Positions 1 to 8,500 of a DNA stretch of 22,560 nucleotides are shown one piece after another. The position numbers were made by a program, and so were the translations under genes. Origin of the DNA: a virus. Lineage: Duplodnaviria > Heunggongvirae > Uroviricota > Caudoviricetes. The stretch is taken from positions 67,450-90,009 of the IMG/VR virus record IMGVR_UViG_2896028454_000001. The stretch is one strand, 5' to 3'. Under the pieces are notes generated by a model. The model saw nothing but the letters and a program-made list of their open reading frames with translations, was not told the DNA's origin and searched no databases. Numbering within the stretch: position 1 is the stretch's first letter; every line of letters starts with the position of its first letter.

Positions 1-1
1 G

Positions 2-715
2 TCCACCAGCGTGAACACCCCGGCCGAGCAGACCCCGGCGAACGGTGTCAAGCCGCTGTCCGGGTTCACCACCAAGAGCGAGTCGACCACGGTCAAGACC
101 ATCGCGCACTGGTTCGCGCTGACCCGCCGGGCCCTGTCCGACGTCGCCCAGGTCCGGTCCCTGGTAGACGCCCTCCTCCGCTACGGCCTGGAGGAGAAGA
201 TCGACCGGGAGATCATCAACGGCGACGGGTCCACCTCCGACTCGCTGCGCGGTATCGCCCACACCCCCGGCGTGCAGGTCCTCACCGTGAACGCGGGCAC
301 CATGGACCCGGTCCGCGCGAACATCGAGGCCATCCGCCGGGCGAAGACCATGACCCGGCTCGGCGCCCGCGCCCAGTCCAACGGTGTCGCGGTCAACCCC
401 AGCGACCTGGAGAACATGGACCTGGTCAAGGACAACGAGGGCCGGTACATCCTCGGTGGTCCGGTGGCGGCCGGGGGCACGAACACCCTGTGGAACCTGC
501 CCGTGGTGGAGAACGAGGCCGTCCCCCAGGGTGAGCTGTTCGTGGGTGACTGGTCCAAGGCGGTCCTGTACGACCGCGAGGAAGCCTCCATCACCGTCAC
601 GGATTCGCATAGCGACTTTTTTGTTCGCAATATGGTTGCCGTTCTCGGTGAGTGCCGTGTGGCCCTTGCTGTTCTTCAGCCGAGCGCGTTTGTGCGGGTT
701 GAGCTGGCGGCCTAG
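2..715 (+). CDS. Major capsid protein, HK97 fold (5'-truncated by window edge)
   Basis: Frame is open from position 2. Motifs KTIAHW, IDREIINGDG, LWNLPVVENEAVPQGELFVGDW and DFFVRNMVAVLGECRVALAVLQPSAFV are typical of HK97-family capsid C-termini. Confidence 0.93.
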   Translation, partial: STSVNTPAEQTPANGVKPLSGFTTKSESTTVKTIAHWFALTRRALSDVAQVRSLVDALLRYGLEEKIDREIINGDGSTSDSLRGIAHTPGVQVLTVNAGTMDPVRANIEAIRRAKTMTRLGARAQSNGVAVNPSDLENMDLVKDNEGRYILGGPVAAGGTNTLWNLPVVENEAVPQGELFVGDWSKAVLYDREEASITVTDSHSDFFVRNMVAVLGECRVALAVLQPSAFVRVELAA

Positions 716-742
716 AAGTCCGTTTATGTCGGGGTTTTGGGG

Positions 743-792
743 TAGAATGTGAAGCGCCCCGGGGAGTGTTGGTAGCACTTTTCCCGGGGCTT
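743..792 (+). promoter_or_regulatory. -10-like TAGAAT followed by a long hairpin in the HNH leader
   Basis: TAGAAT at 743-748. GCCCCGGGGA (756-765) pairs with TTCCCGGGGC (781-790) around GTGTTGGTAGCAC. No convincing -35. Confidence 0.5.
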
Positions 793-827
793 GCCGAACC
801 ATTCTGACCTGACCAGAAGGCCCGACT

Positions 828-1427
828 GTGATCCAGTATAAGGCGTGTGCACGCTGCAAGGAAACCAAGTCGTTCGATGACTTCCCGAATGGGAAGCGGT
901 GGAGCGACGGGAAGTTCCCGTACTGCCGGGAGTGCAAGCGCGCGGCTAGCAACGCTTCCCACGCGAAGCACCGCGAGAAGCGCAACGCCAAGGCCCGCGC
1001 TCGCTACGAGGCCGACCCGGAACCGTACAAGGCACGTGCTCTCGCCTGGTACGCAGCGAAACCTGATGAGGTGAAGCGCCGCGCGATTGAGTGGGCGAAG
1101 GCTAACCCTGCCCGACGCCGTGAGATCCGCCTCGCCTCAGGGCGTCGAAGGTACGCGCTCAACCCCGAGCAGAAGCGGGAAGCGTGGCGTCGCCGTCACG
1201 CGGCCATCCGCAAGGGCGTCGCCGTCTACCAGTTCACCCACGAAGACATCGCGGCGAAGGTCGCGTACTGGAATGGGAAATGCTGGGTGTGCGGTATCAA
1301 GTATGAGGCGATCGACCACGTGAAACCGCTGAATAAGGGCGGACCTCACATGCTGGCTAACCTGCGGCCTATCTGCACTCCGTGCAACACCCGCAAAAGC
1401 GATAAGTGGCCTTTCGTGCCAGTGTAA
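828..1427 (+). CDS. Free-standing HNH endonuclease with N-terminal CxxC...CxxC zinc finger
   Basis: N-terminal CARC...CREC, a basic linker, then CWVC...IDHVKPLNKGGPHMLANLRPICTPCNTRK (HNH core). Codon usage is more AT-rich than the flanking genes. Confidence 0.9.
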   Translation: MIQYKACARCKETKSFDDFPNGKRWSDGKFPYCRECKRAASNASHAKHREKRNAKARARYEADPEPYKARALAWYAAKPDEVKRRAIEWAKANPARRREIRLASGRRRYALNPEQKREAWRRRHAAIRKGVAVYQFTHEDIAAKVAYWNGKCWVCGIKYEAIDHVKPLNKGGPHMLANLRPICTPCNTRKSDKWPFVPV

Positions 1428-1441
1428 ATAAGACCACATGA

Positions 1442-1474
1442 AAAGCCCCGGAAGGTTCGCCTCTCCGGGGCTTT
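1442..1474 (+). terminator. Intrinsic terminator-like hairpin, possibly bidirectional
   Basis: Perfect 11-bp inverted repeat AAAGCCCCGGA / TCCGGGGCTTT right after the HNH stop codon. Confidence 0.7.
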
Positions 1475-1494
1475 CCTGTTGAAGGAGGAACCTC

Positions 1495-1695
1495 GTGCCC
1501 AATCCGGGCTACCAGTCCGAGTTCCAGGGCGCCCTCCGTTCCGCGACGTCCCCGGCTGACGCTGCCGGTCTGCTCGCGGGGGTTGCGGTCGCCGACATCC
1601 CCGACCCGGCTTCCGCTACCGCTGCGGACGTCGCCGCGAAGGTCAACGAGATCCTGGCCAGCCTCCGCACGGCCGGGCTCATCGCGGCGGAGTAA
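1495..1695 (+). CDS. Small head-associated protein (head fibre/decoration-like)
   Basis: Strong SD (AAGGAGG) before GTG. The C-terminal ATAADVAAKVNEILASLRTAGLIA resembles phage head-fibre family ends. Position follows the capsid gene. Confidence 0.65.
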   Translation: MPNPGYQSEFQGALRSATSPADAAGLLAGVAVADIPDPASATAADVAAKVNEILASLRTAGLIAAE

Positions 1696-1816
1696 CAGGG
1701 TGTTCACCCGACAAAACCGGGGCCGGTGCCTGGTGTGCGCAGCCGACCATGCGTCGTGCGGCACCCCCGGCCCCGGCCCGTCTGTGACCCACGAACCAGG
1801 GGAGGGGGTGACACCC

Positions 1817-1993
1817 ATGCCCAACGGCAAGCTCACCGTCTACGAGGTGACCGTCAACGGCGGTTTCAAGACGAAGATGCAGCTCACCGAGGACGAAGCC
1901 CGCAAGCGCGGCCTGATCCCCGACGAGCCCACCGACACCAAGCCGACCGGCCGCCGCACCAAGACGGCCACCACCAAGGAGGGGGACAAGTAG
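1817..1993 (+). CDS. Hypothetical 58-aa phage protein
   Basis: GGAGGGGG before ATG 1817, high-GC3 codons, and the stop abuts the next ATG (TAGATG). Confidence 0.65.
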   Translation: MPNGKLTVYEVTVNGGFKTKMQLTEDEARKRGLIPDEPTDTKPTGRRTKTATTKEGDK

Positions 1994-2524
1994 ATGGACC
2001 CCTCCTGGCCGGTGCTGGCCACCGTCGAGGACTGGCCCCGGTTCACTGAGGCCCGCCAATCCGACCACGCTGAACACCTGCTGGCCGCCGCGTCAGCGAA
2101 CATCCAAGACTGGTGCGGGTGGCCGATCGCCCGGTACACGGCGGCAGGGGAGGAGTACGACGGTCGGGGCGGCCGGGTCCTCACCCTGCACACCATGCGC
2201 CTCCACGAGGTGACCGGTGTGCGGGTGGACGGGGCCCCGGTGGAGTTTCGGGTGTCGCGCCGGTACGGGCAACTCGAACGCGTCGGCGGGCACTGGCCGG
2301 TGGGGTTCGGAAGGATCGAGGTCGACTACACCGCCGGGTACACGCCGACCCCGCCCAACCTCGTCCAGTTGTGCGTCGAGGTGGCCGCGCGGGGCGCGAA
2401 CATCCCGATCAGTGTCGCGTCGGAGACCGTGGACCGTAGGACAGTCCGGTTCCGGGCCGCCGTGGAGCTGTCCGAGTTCGACCACGCCGCCCTGTCCGCG
2501 TACCGGCTGGGACCGAAACCATGA
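1994..2524 (+). CDS. Head-to-tail adaptor (gp6/gp15-like)
   Basis: Synteny plus motifs LLAAASANIQDWCGW, YDGRGGRVLTL and IEVDYTAGY, as in actinophage adaptors. Confidence 0.75.
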   Translation: MDPSWPVLATVEDWPRFTEARQSDHAEHLLAAASANIQDWCGWPIARYTAAGEEYDGRGGRVLTLHTMRLHEVTGVRVDGAPVEFRVSRRYGQLERVGGHWPVGFGRIEVDYTAGYTPTPPNLVQLCVEVAARGANIPISVASETVDRRTVRFRAAVELSEFDHAALSAYRLGPKP

Positions 2525-2865
2525 CCGGCATCTGGGGGGACACCGTCACCCTGGTCCGCCGCGTCGTGGTGGGCCGGGACCGGTACGGCAACGACGTCTA
2601 CGACGAAACCCGCGAAACCATCACCGGGTGCTCCTGGCAGCCCCTCGACTCAGCAGAACGCGCCGACCAAACCCAGGACCAGACGGTCATGTACTACGAC
2701 CTGTACATCCCCGGCCTGGACGTGGACGTGGACGCCGTGGACGCCTTCGAACACGACGGGGTGCGCGCCGAACGCGCCGAGGTGCACGGGCCCGCGTCCT
2801 ACAACCGGTCCGCGTCCGGCCTGCTCGACCACATCGCTGTCCGACTCCAGCAGATCAAGGGGTGA
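2521..2865 (+). CDS. Head-to-tail stopper / head closure protein
   Basis: ATGA overlap with the adaptor. Motifs GRDRYGNDVY, GCSWQP and AEVHGP fit actinophage stoppers. Confidence 0.75.
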   Translation: MTGIWGDTVTLVRRVVVGRDRYGNDVYDETRETITGCSWQPLDSAERADQTQDQTVMYYDLYIPGLDVDVDAVDAFEHDGVRAERAEVHGPASYNRSASGLLDHIAVRLQQIKG

Positions 2866-2871
2866 CACCGG

Positions 2872-3168
2872 ATGAAACCGCAACGCCCCGGCGAAGTCGT
2901 CCGCCTCTCCTACACCGGTATCGGCGACGCCATGCGCGAGGACGGTGTGCAGGAAGCCGCAGCGAAGCGGGCCCGCGACATTGCCCGCAACGCGACCGCG
3001 CTCGCACGCGGGGTGGGGATCGACGCCACGTTCACCGTGGAGGAATCGGTGCGCCCCCGGGGTAAGGGCAAGGGTCGCCCGCAGGCGCAGGTCCGCGCGG
3101 ACACCGACGACGAGGAAGAGCGCGCCCACCTGCTGTCGCTCCTCCAAGCCGCTGGGAGGGTCGTGTGA
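2872..3168 (+). CDS. Neck protein, HK97 gp10-like position
   Basis: 98 aa between stopper and terminator genes, GTGA overlap with the next gene. Function assigned by synteny only. Confidence 0.55.
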   Translation: MKPQRPGEVVRLSYTGIGDAMREDGVQEAAAKRARDIARNATALARGVGIDATFTVEESVRPRGKGKGRPQAQVRADTDDEEERAHLLSLLQAAGRVV

Positions 3169-3572
3169 ACCTGGACCCGGACGCCCCGAACCTCCTCGCC
3201 ACCGTCATGTCCTGGCACACCGAACAGGTTCCCGAGGTGCGGGCCGTCACCAAACGCCCGGCCGGGGCCCGTCTGGAGGAAGCCCTGGCGGTGGGGCCGC
3301 TGGTCCGGTTCGGCCCCCAACCCGGTGGCACTCGCACGTGGGCCGGGGACACCACGATGATCCTGGACGCCGACTGGTACGACACCGACATGGATGTCAT
3401 CCAGGCCGCGGTGAAGGCGTCCGTCGCCGCGCTGGAGCGGTTGGCCACCCGGTTTCACGCTGGGGTGCTCGTGGATGACTGCGCTGTCCACTTGGAGCCG
3501 GGGACCGCGAAGCACGAGAACGACCAGATTCTCCGCTACTACGGGGCGTTCCGGGTGACGTCGCGCTCCTGA
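3165..3572 (+). CDS. Tail terminator protein
   Basis: 135 aa immediately before the major tail gene, ending RYYGAFRVTSR. Assigned mainly by synteny. Confidence 0.65.
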   Translation: MNLDPDAPNLLATVMSWHTEQVPEVRAVTKRPAGARLEEALAVGPLVRFGPQPGGTRTWAGDTTMILDADWYDTDMDVIQAAVKASVAALERLATRFHAGVLVDDCAVHLEPGTAKHENDQILRYYGAFRVTSRS

Positions 3573-3700
3573 CCCCAGCCGCGCCCGCTGCGCTCCTGAA
3601 CCCCGGCCTGCCGCGCCCACCGGACGCCTGAACACCCGGCCTCCGCGCGCCCCACCACCCAACCCGCAACACCCCCACGCCTCCGCGCGGTGGGGGTGTT
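3563..3700 (+). repeat. Three imperfect ~25-30-nt tandem repeats plus an 11-bp hairpin upstream of the major tail gene
   Basis: CCTGA(A)C(A)CCC(A/G)GCC...GCGCCC at about 3563, 3590 and 3626. AACACCCCCAC (3668-3678) pairs with GTGGGGGTGTT (3690-3700). Confidence 0.6.
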
Positions 3701-3728
3701 CCGTATCCCCAAAAGGAGGTGGCCCCCG

Positions 3729-4379
3729 TTGGCCACTGTCGAGTCCCAGTACACCGTCACCAAGTCGGCGGTGTTCAAGGGCCTATTCGTGGCGGTGTTC
3801 GTCGCTGACGCCACCACCCCACTCCCTGCTGAGCTGTTCGACGCGGACGGCAACCTCAACCCGCTCGGCGCGGGCTGGTACCCGGTCGGGTACCTCACCG
3901 AGGACGGCATGACGCACTCCCGTGCGCGTGACATCACCGAGACCATGGCCGCCCAGGAGGCCGCCAGCATCCGGGACGACGTACAGGCCGACACGTCCAC
4001 CTCCCAGATCACCATGCTCGAAACCAGCCCGGTCGCGATCGCCCTGTACGAGGGCCTGCTGTTCGACCAGCTCGGCACCACCCTGGGCACGCCCCTCGCG
4101 TGGTCCAAGGACTCCGTGCCGAAGGTCATCGAACGCCGGTGGCTGTTCATCGCGGTCGACTTCTCCAAGGCCACCGGTGCGGAGAAGATCCGTGCCCGCC
4201 TGTACCCGTCCGGCGCGGTCACTGACCTGGGCGACGAGGTCGAGAACCGGTCCGACGCCAAGGGGTACGAGATCACCGTTAAGGCGTACAAGGACTCCGA
4301 GGTCAACACCGACGTCCTGCACTGGATGGACGGCCCCGGGTGGCGGGAGCTGGCCCCGGACCCGGCCCCTTCTCCCTGA
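3729..4379 (+). CDS. Major tail (tube) protein
   Basis: SD AAAAGGAGGT at 3711-3720 precedes TTG 3729. Motifs WYPVGYLTEDG, ITMLETS and GYEITVKAY are typical of actinophage tail tubes. Confidence 0.88.
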   Translation: MATVESQYTVTKSAVFKGLFVAVFVADATTPLPAELFDADGNLNPLGAGWYPVGYLTEDGMTHSRARDITETMAAQEAASIRDDVQADTSTSQITMLETSPVAIALYEGLLFDQLGTTLGTPLAWSKDSVPKVIERRWLFIAVDFSKATGAEKIRARLYPSGAVTDLGDEVENRSDAKGYEITVKAYKDSEVNTDVLHWMDGPGWRELAPDPAPSP

Positions 4380-4624
4380 CGGTGGCCCCGGGAAGCACCT
4401 CAATTGAGGTAGGGGCCACCGACCAGTTGACCGCGACCCTCACCTACACCAACGCGTCCACCGAGGACGTGACCGGTGCCGCGTCGTGGGTGTCTGACGA
4501 CCCCGCTGTGGCGACTGTCGACTCGGCGGGTCTGGTGTCCGCTGTCGGTGAGGGAACCGCGACGATCACCGCCACCCACTCCGGGCTGTCGGACACCTGC
4601 CTGGCGACCGTGCCCGCCCCGTAG
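4367..4624 (+). CDS. Ig-like (Big_2) domain, probably appended to the major tail protein by -1 frameshift
   Basis: SLTVAPGSTSIEVGATDQLTATLTY...WVSDDPAVATVDSAGLVSAVGEGTATITAT is a Big_2-type pattern. It lies in the -1 frame across the tail gene stop and has no SD. Confidence 0.8.
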   Translation, partial: PFSLTVAPGSTSIEVGATDQLTATLTYTNASTEDVTGAASWVSDDPAVATVDSAGLVSAVGEGTATITATHSGLSDTCLATVPAP

Positions 4625-4646
4625 ACAACCCGCCTACCCGATACCG

Positions 4647-4690
4647 AACCCGGCCGGTGGCCCACGGGGGTGAGCCCCACCGGCCGGGTT
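4647..4690. other. 14-bp perfect inverted repeat between the Ig ORF and the chaperone gene
   Basis: AACCCGGCCGGTGG (4647-4660) pairs with CCACCGGCCGGGTT (4677-4690). Confidence 0.65.
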
Positions 4691-4761
4691 CCATGCCTGA
4701 CCCCGTCTTGGGGTCGGCTCGCCCCCGCGCTCACCCCACCCCACTCTGGAGACGATCCCTC

Positions 4762-5112
4762 ATGGCCGAGGCCAAGAACCGCAAGACCCGCCGCACCCTC
4801 GCCGCTGTCCGCAACAAGTACGCGGAGAAGCTGGAGCTGGAGTCCGCGGCCAACCCCGTCGTCCCCTTCGACGGTGAGGACGGCAACACCTACAGCTTCC
4901 CCCACCCCCTGTTCGCCAACGACGAGTGGACCGAGCAGGTGGACGCCGCCGACACCACCGCCGGGAAAGCCAAGGCGATCCTCGGTGAGGAGCAGTACGA
5001 GCAGTTCCGCAAGCACCCCGACCACCGGGACGCCGACATCATGCTGATGTTCCTGGAGGTCAACCAGGCCACGCAGGGGCAGCTCACTGACGGGGGCCCT
5101 ACACGGTCCTAG
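4762..5112 (+). CDS. Tail assembly chaperone (G)
   Basis: Acidic 116-aa protein between the tail tube and tape measure genes. ATG 4762 follows GGAGA. Confidence 0.8.
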   Translation: MAEAKNRKTRRTLAAVRNKYAEKLELESAANPVVPFDGEDGNTYSFPHPLFANDEWTEQVDAADTTAGKAKAILGEEQYEQFRKHPDHRDADIMLMFLEVNQATQGQLTDGGPTRS

Positions 5113-5570
5113 ACCTGCTGGGGGACTCCCCCGAACAGGTCGAAGCGGTCGAGGCCGCACTGGTAGCCGAGTACGGGGGCCGTGACTGGCTCGGCGACTA
5201 CATGGCCACCCTGCACGCGGACCTGACCGGAGATGACCCGCCGCCCGGGGGCCGGGTCACCCTCCGCCAGTTGCGTGTCCTGATCGAGCACCTTCCCCCC
5301 ACCTCGGCCGCGCACCGCACCGCGCGGGGCCACGCATGGACCGACACCGAGTATCTGCTCGCGGTCATCGCGGACGCCGTCAGGGACCACGCCACGGTCA
5401 CGGTCGCCGCCAACAGCAAGAACCCCCGGTCGGTGAAGCGCCCCGACCCGCTACCTCGCCCAACCGACCAGGCCGAGGAAGCCCGCAAGGCCGCCGAGGC
5501 CGAGGAAGCAGCGAAGCGGATGCGGCACATGGTGGGCCGCCTCACCCCCGATTTCCAGCACCTGTTTTAG
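5091..5570 (+). CDS. Tail assembly chaperone T part (GT fusion via -1 frameshift)
   Basis: The -1 frame is open from 5091 (RGPYTVLDLLGD...). It contains LRQLRVLIEHLP and WTDTEYLLAVIAD, as in actinophage T segments. Heptamer G GGC CCT at 5094-5100. Confidence 0.78.
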   Translation, partial: RGPYTVLDLLGDSPEQVEAVEAALVAEYGGRDWLGDYMATLHADLTGDDPPPGGRVTLRQLRVLIEHLPPTSAAHRTARGHAWTDTEYLLAVIADAVRDHATVTVAANSKNPRSVKRPDPLPRPTDQAEEARKAAEAEEAAKRMRHMVGRLTPDFQHLF

Positions 5571-5583
5571 AAGGGGGTCCCTG

Positions 5584-8500
5584 GTGGCCACCACCGTTGG
5601 TGCCGTCTGGCTCAACGTCCTCCCGTCCATGCGCGACTTCACGAAGAAGCTGACCGGGGACGCCACCGACGCCGCCGCGAAGGCCGCGAAGATGTCCGGG
5701 TCCAAGCTCGGGGCGGGCATCGTGGACGAAGCCTCCAAGGAGGTCAAGAACACCAGCGCGAAGGCCGCCCGCCAGGCGGGGGAGAAGGTCGCTGACGAAG
5801 CCGCGTCGGCGGCCACGAAGAAACTCCCGAAGGAACTCGGTAAGACCGGCGACACGGCAGGCCGGGCGTTGGGTGACGCCCTGACCAGGTCCACCACGAC
5901 GGCCACCCGGGACGTGGTCGCAGCGGTCACCAAGACCACCGAACGCACCCTCCCCGCAGCCATGTCCGCCCAGGCGGGGAAAGCCGGTGAACAGGCCGGG
6001 GCCGCGATGTCCCGGGCCATGGCCTCCTCGTACCAGACGCCCACCGGCGGGTTCACGGGGTGGGTGTCCTCGGCTACGTCGGCCGCTCGGGAAGCCGGGG
6101 CGTCCGCCGCGTCCGCTCTCAGCTCTACGTTCTCGTCGGCCGGTCCCGCGATCACCACGGCCCTGACCGGCGCTGTGGGCGGTGCGATCGCTGCCGCGTC
6201 CCGCGAAGGGGTCGCCCAGGCCGGGGCTGCGTGGTCGTCGGCCGGTGCGGCGATGGCCGCCGCCGGGCAGCAGACCACCGCGTCTCTGTCGGTGCCGATG
6301 GCGGCGTTCGGCGCGATCACGCTGAAGACCGCGGGCGACTTCGAGCAGCAGATGAACCGGGTCCGTGCCGTGTCGGGTGCGACCGGCGCCGAATTCGACA
6401 GCCTCAACAGCTTGGCCCAGGAGTTGGGCGCGTCCACCCAGTACTCGGCGTCTGAGGCTGCGGACGCCATGGGGTTCCTGGCCATGGCCGGGTTCGAGGT
6501 TGACGAGATCTTGTCGGCTCTGCCCGGCACGTTGGACCTGGCTGCTGCGGGTGCGATCGACCTCGCTGACGCGGCGGACATCGCCTCGAACATCCTGACC
6601 GGGTTCGGGTTCGAAGCGGAAGAACTGGCCCGGGTCAACGACATCCTCACGGCGACGTTCACCAACTCGAACGTCAACATGACCCAGCTGGGCTACTCGT
6701 TCAAGTACATCGGCCCTGTTGCGAACTCGGCCGGGTTGCAGTTCGAGGAACTGGCTGCTGCGGTCGGCTTGCTGGGCAACGCCGGTATCCAGGGCGAGAT
6801 GGCCGGTACCGCGCTGCGTGGCGGTATCAGCCGACTGCTGAAGCCCACCGGGGCGGTCGCGGACACCCTGGACATGCTCGGGGTGTCCGTCCAGGACTCG
6901 GCCGGGAACATGCGGTCCCTCACCGACATCTTCGCCCAGCTCGAAGAGGCCGGGGCCACCACCGCCGACATGCTCACCATCTTCGGTCTCGAAGCGGGCC
7001 CGGGGATGATGGCGCTCCTGGAGCAGGGGTCGGGCACCCTGTCCGACTTCACCACGGAGTTGGAGAACGCCGGGGGCACCGCCGGGCGGATCGCGGACAT
7101 CCAGATGGAGGGCCTGAACGGCTCCCTGAAGGAACTGCGGTCCGCGTTCGAAGGGCTGCTGCTCGCGATCGCGGACTCCGGGATGTTGGAGACCGTCACC
7201 GGCCGGGTCGAAACCCTGACCGGTGTCATCCAAGACCTGTCCGCCACCAACCCGGAACTGCTGAACACCGCTGCTGGGTTCGTTGGGTTCCTCGCCGCGA
7301 TCGGCCCCATCTTGTGGATCGGCGGCCGGGTCGCGGGCACCATCGGCACGCTCACCACCGCTGTGCACTCGTCGGCGAAGTTCGTCGGCTTGGCCGTGGA
7401 CGGGTGGAAGGGCGCCGGGACCGTGTGGGCGGCGGGGACACCGTTGGTCACCCGGCTCACCGCCGCGATCCGCACCCAGTACCTCGCGTTGAAGTTGCAG
7501 GCCGCGATGACCAACCGGTCCACGGCGGCAATGATCCTGCACAACACCTGGTCGAAGATCGTCCGTGGGGCCACGTTGGCGTGGCAGGGCGCCCAGTGGT
7601 TGCTCAACGCGGCGCTGAACGCCAATCCCATTGGGTTGGTGGTCATCGCGATCGCCGCCCTTGTCGCAGCGGCGGTCCTGGCCTACCACCACGTGGACGC
7701 CTTCCGCGTGTTCGTGGATGACCTGTGGGCCTCCGCGAAGGTCCTGATCGAGCAGCTGAAGCCGCTGGCGCCGGTGTTCCTCCGCATCGCGAAGGTCACC
7801 ACGCTGATCGCGTTTGGCCCGCTGATCGCCGCGTTCCTGCTGCTCCGCACGGTGGTGCGCGCCGCCTGGCAGGTGCTGGAACCGGCGTGGGTGTGGCTGG
7901 TCGACTACTGGGATTCCACCCTGGGCCCCAAGGTCCGCGCGGTGGGGGACTGGTTCGTCCGCATGGGCGACCGGATCAGCGACGCGTGGGGCCGGCTGGT
8001 CGGCTTGTTCCGTGACCCGCCGACGTTCGGTGAGCTCGCGGACAAGCTGAAGGCCGTCGGGTCGGATGTCGCCGGGTGGTTCAAGGCCCGCGCTGCTGAC
8101 GTGGGCGCGTGGATCAGTGACCTGCCCCGCCTCATCTGGGAGGGCGGCAGCGGCCTCGGAGAGTCCTTCCTGGGGCTCCTCCGAACGATCCTGGACCCGG
8201 CCACCCTCACCGGGATCGGTCAGGGTATCGCCGGGCACATCACCGGCGGGTTGGACTGGCTGCTCGACCAGGCCCAGCTTCTCCCCGGGAAGCTCCGCCC
8301 GAAGCTGGAGGCCGCGGCCACCGCTGTCGTGGAGTGGGCTCAGGCCCTCCCCGGCCGGATCGAAGCGAAGGTGTCCGACCTGGCCGGTCGGGTGTCGGAT
8401 TGGGCTGCTGAGGTCGGTCCGCGCATCGTGGCGAAGCTGCGGGGTGCGGGCGAGGACATCGCTGCCTGGTTCAAGGCGTTCCCCGGGCGGGTCCGGGACT

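Noticed and set aside
4340-4384. Independent GTG starts (4340, 4382) for the Ig-like ORF
   Set aside because: No SD upstream of either, and 4382 is buried in a strong hairpin. A frameshift fits better.
5542-8238. 898-aa minus-strand ORF, and 5451-6680 and other long antisense ORFs over the tape measure gene
   Set aside because: Shadow ORFs expected in ~70% GC DNA. They have no recognisable motifs, and the + frame has the coding signature.
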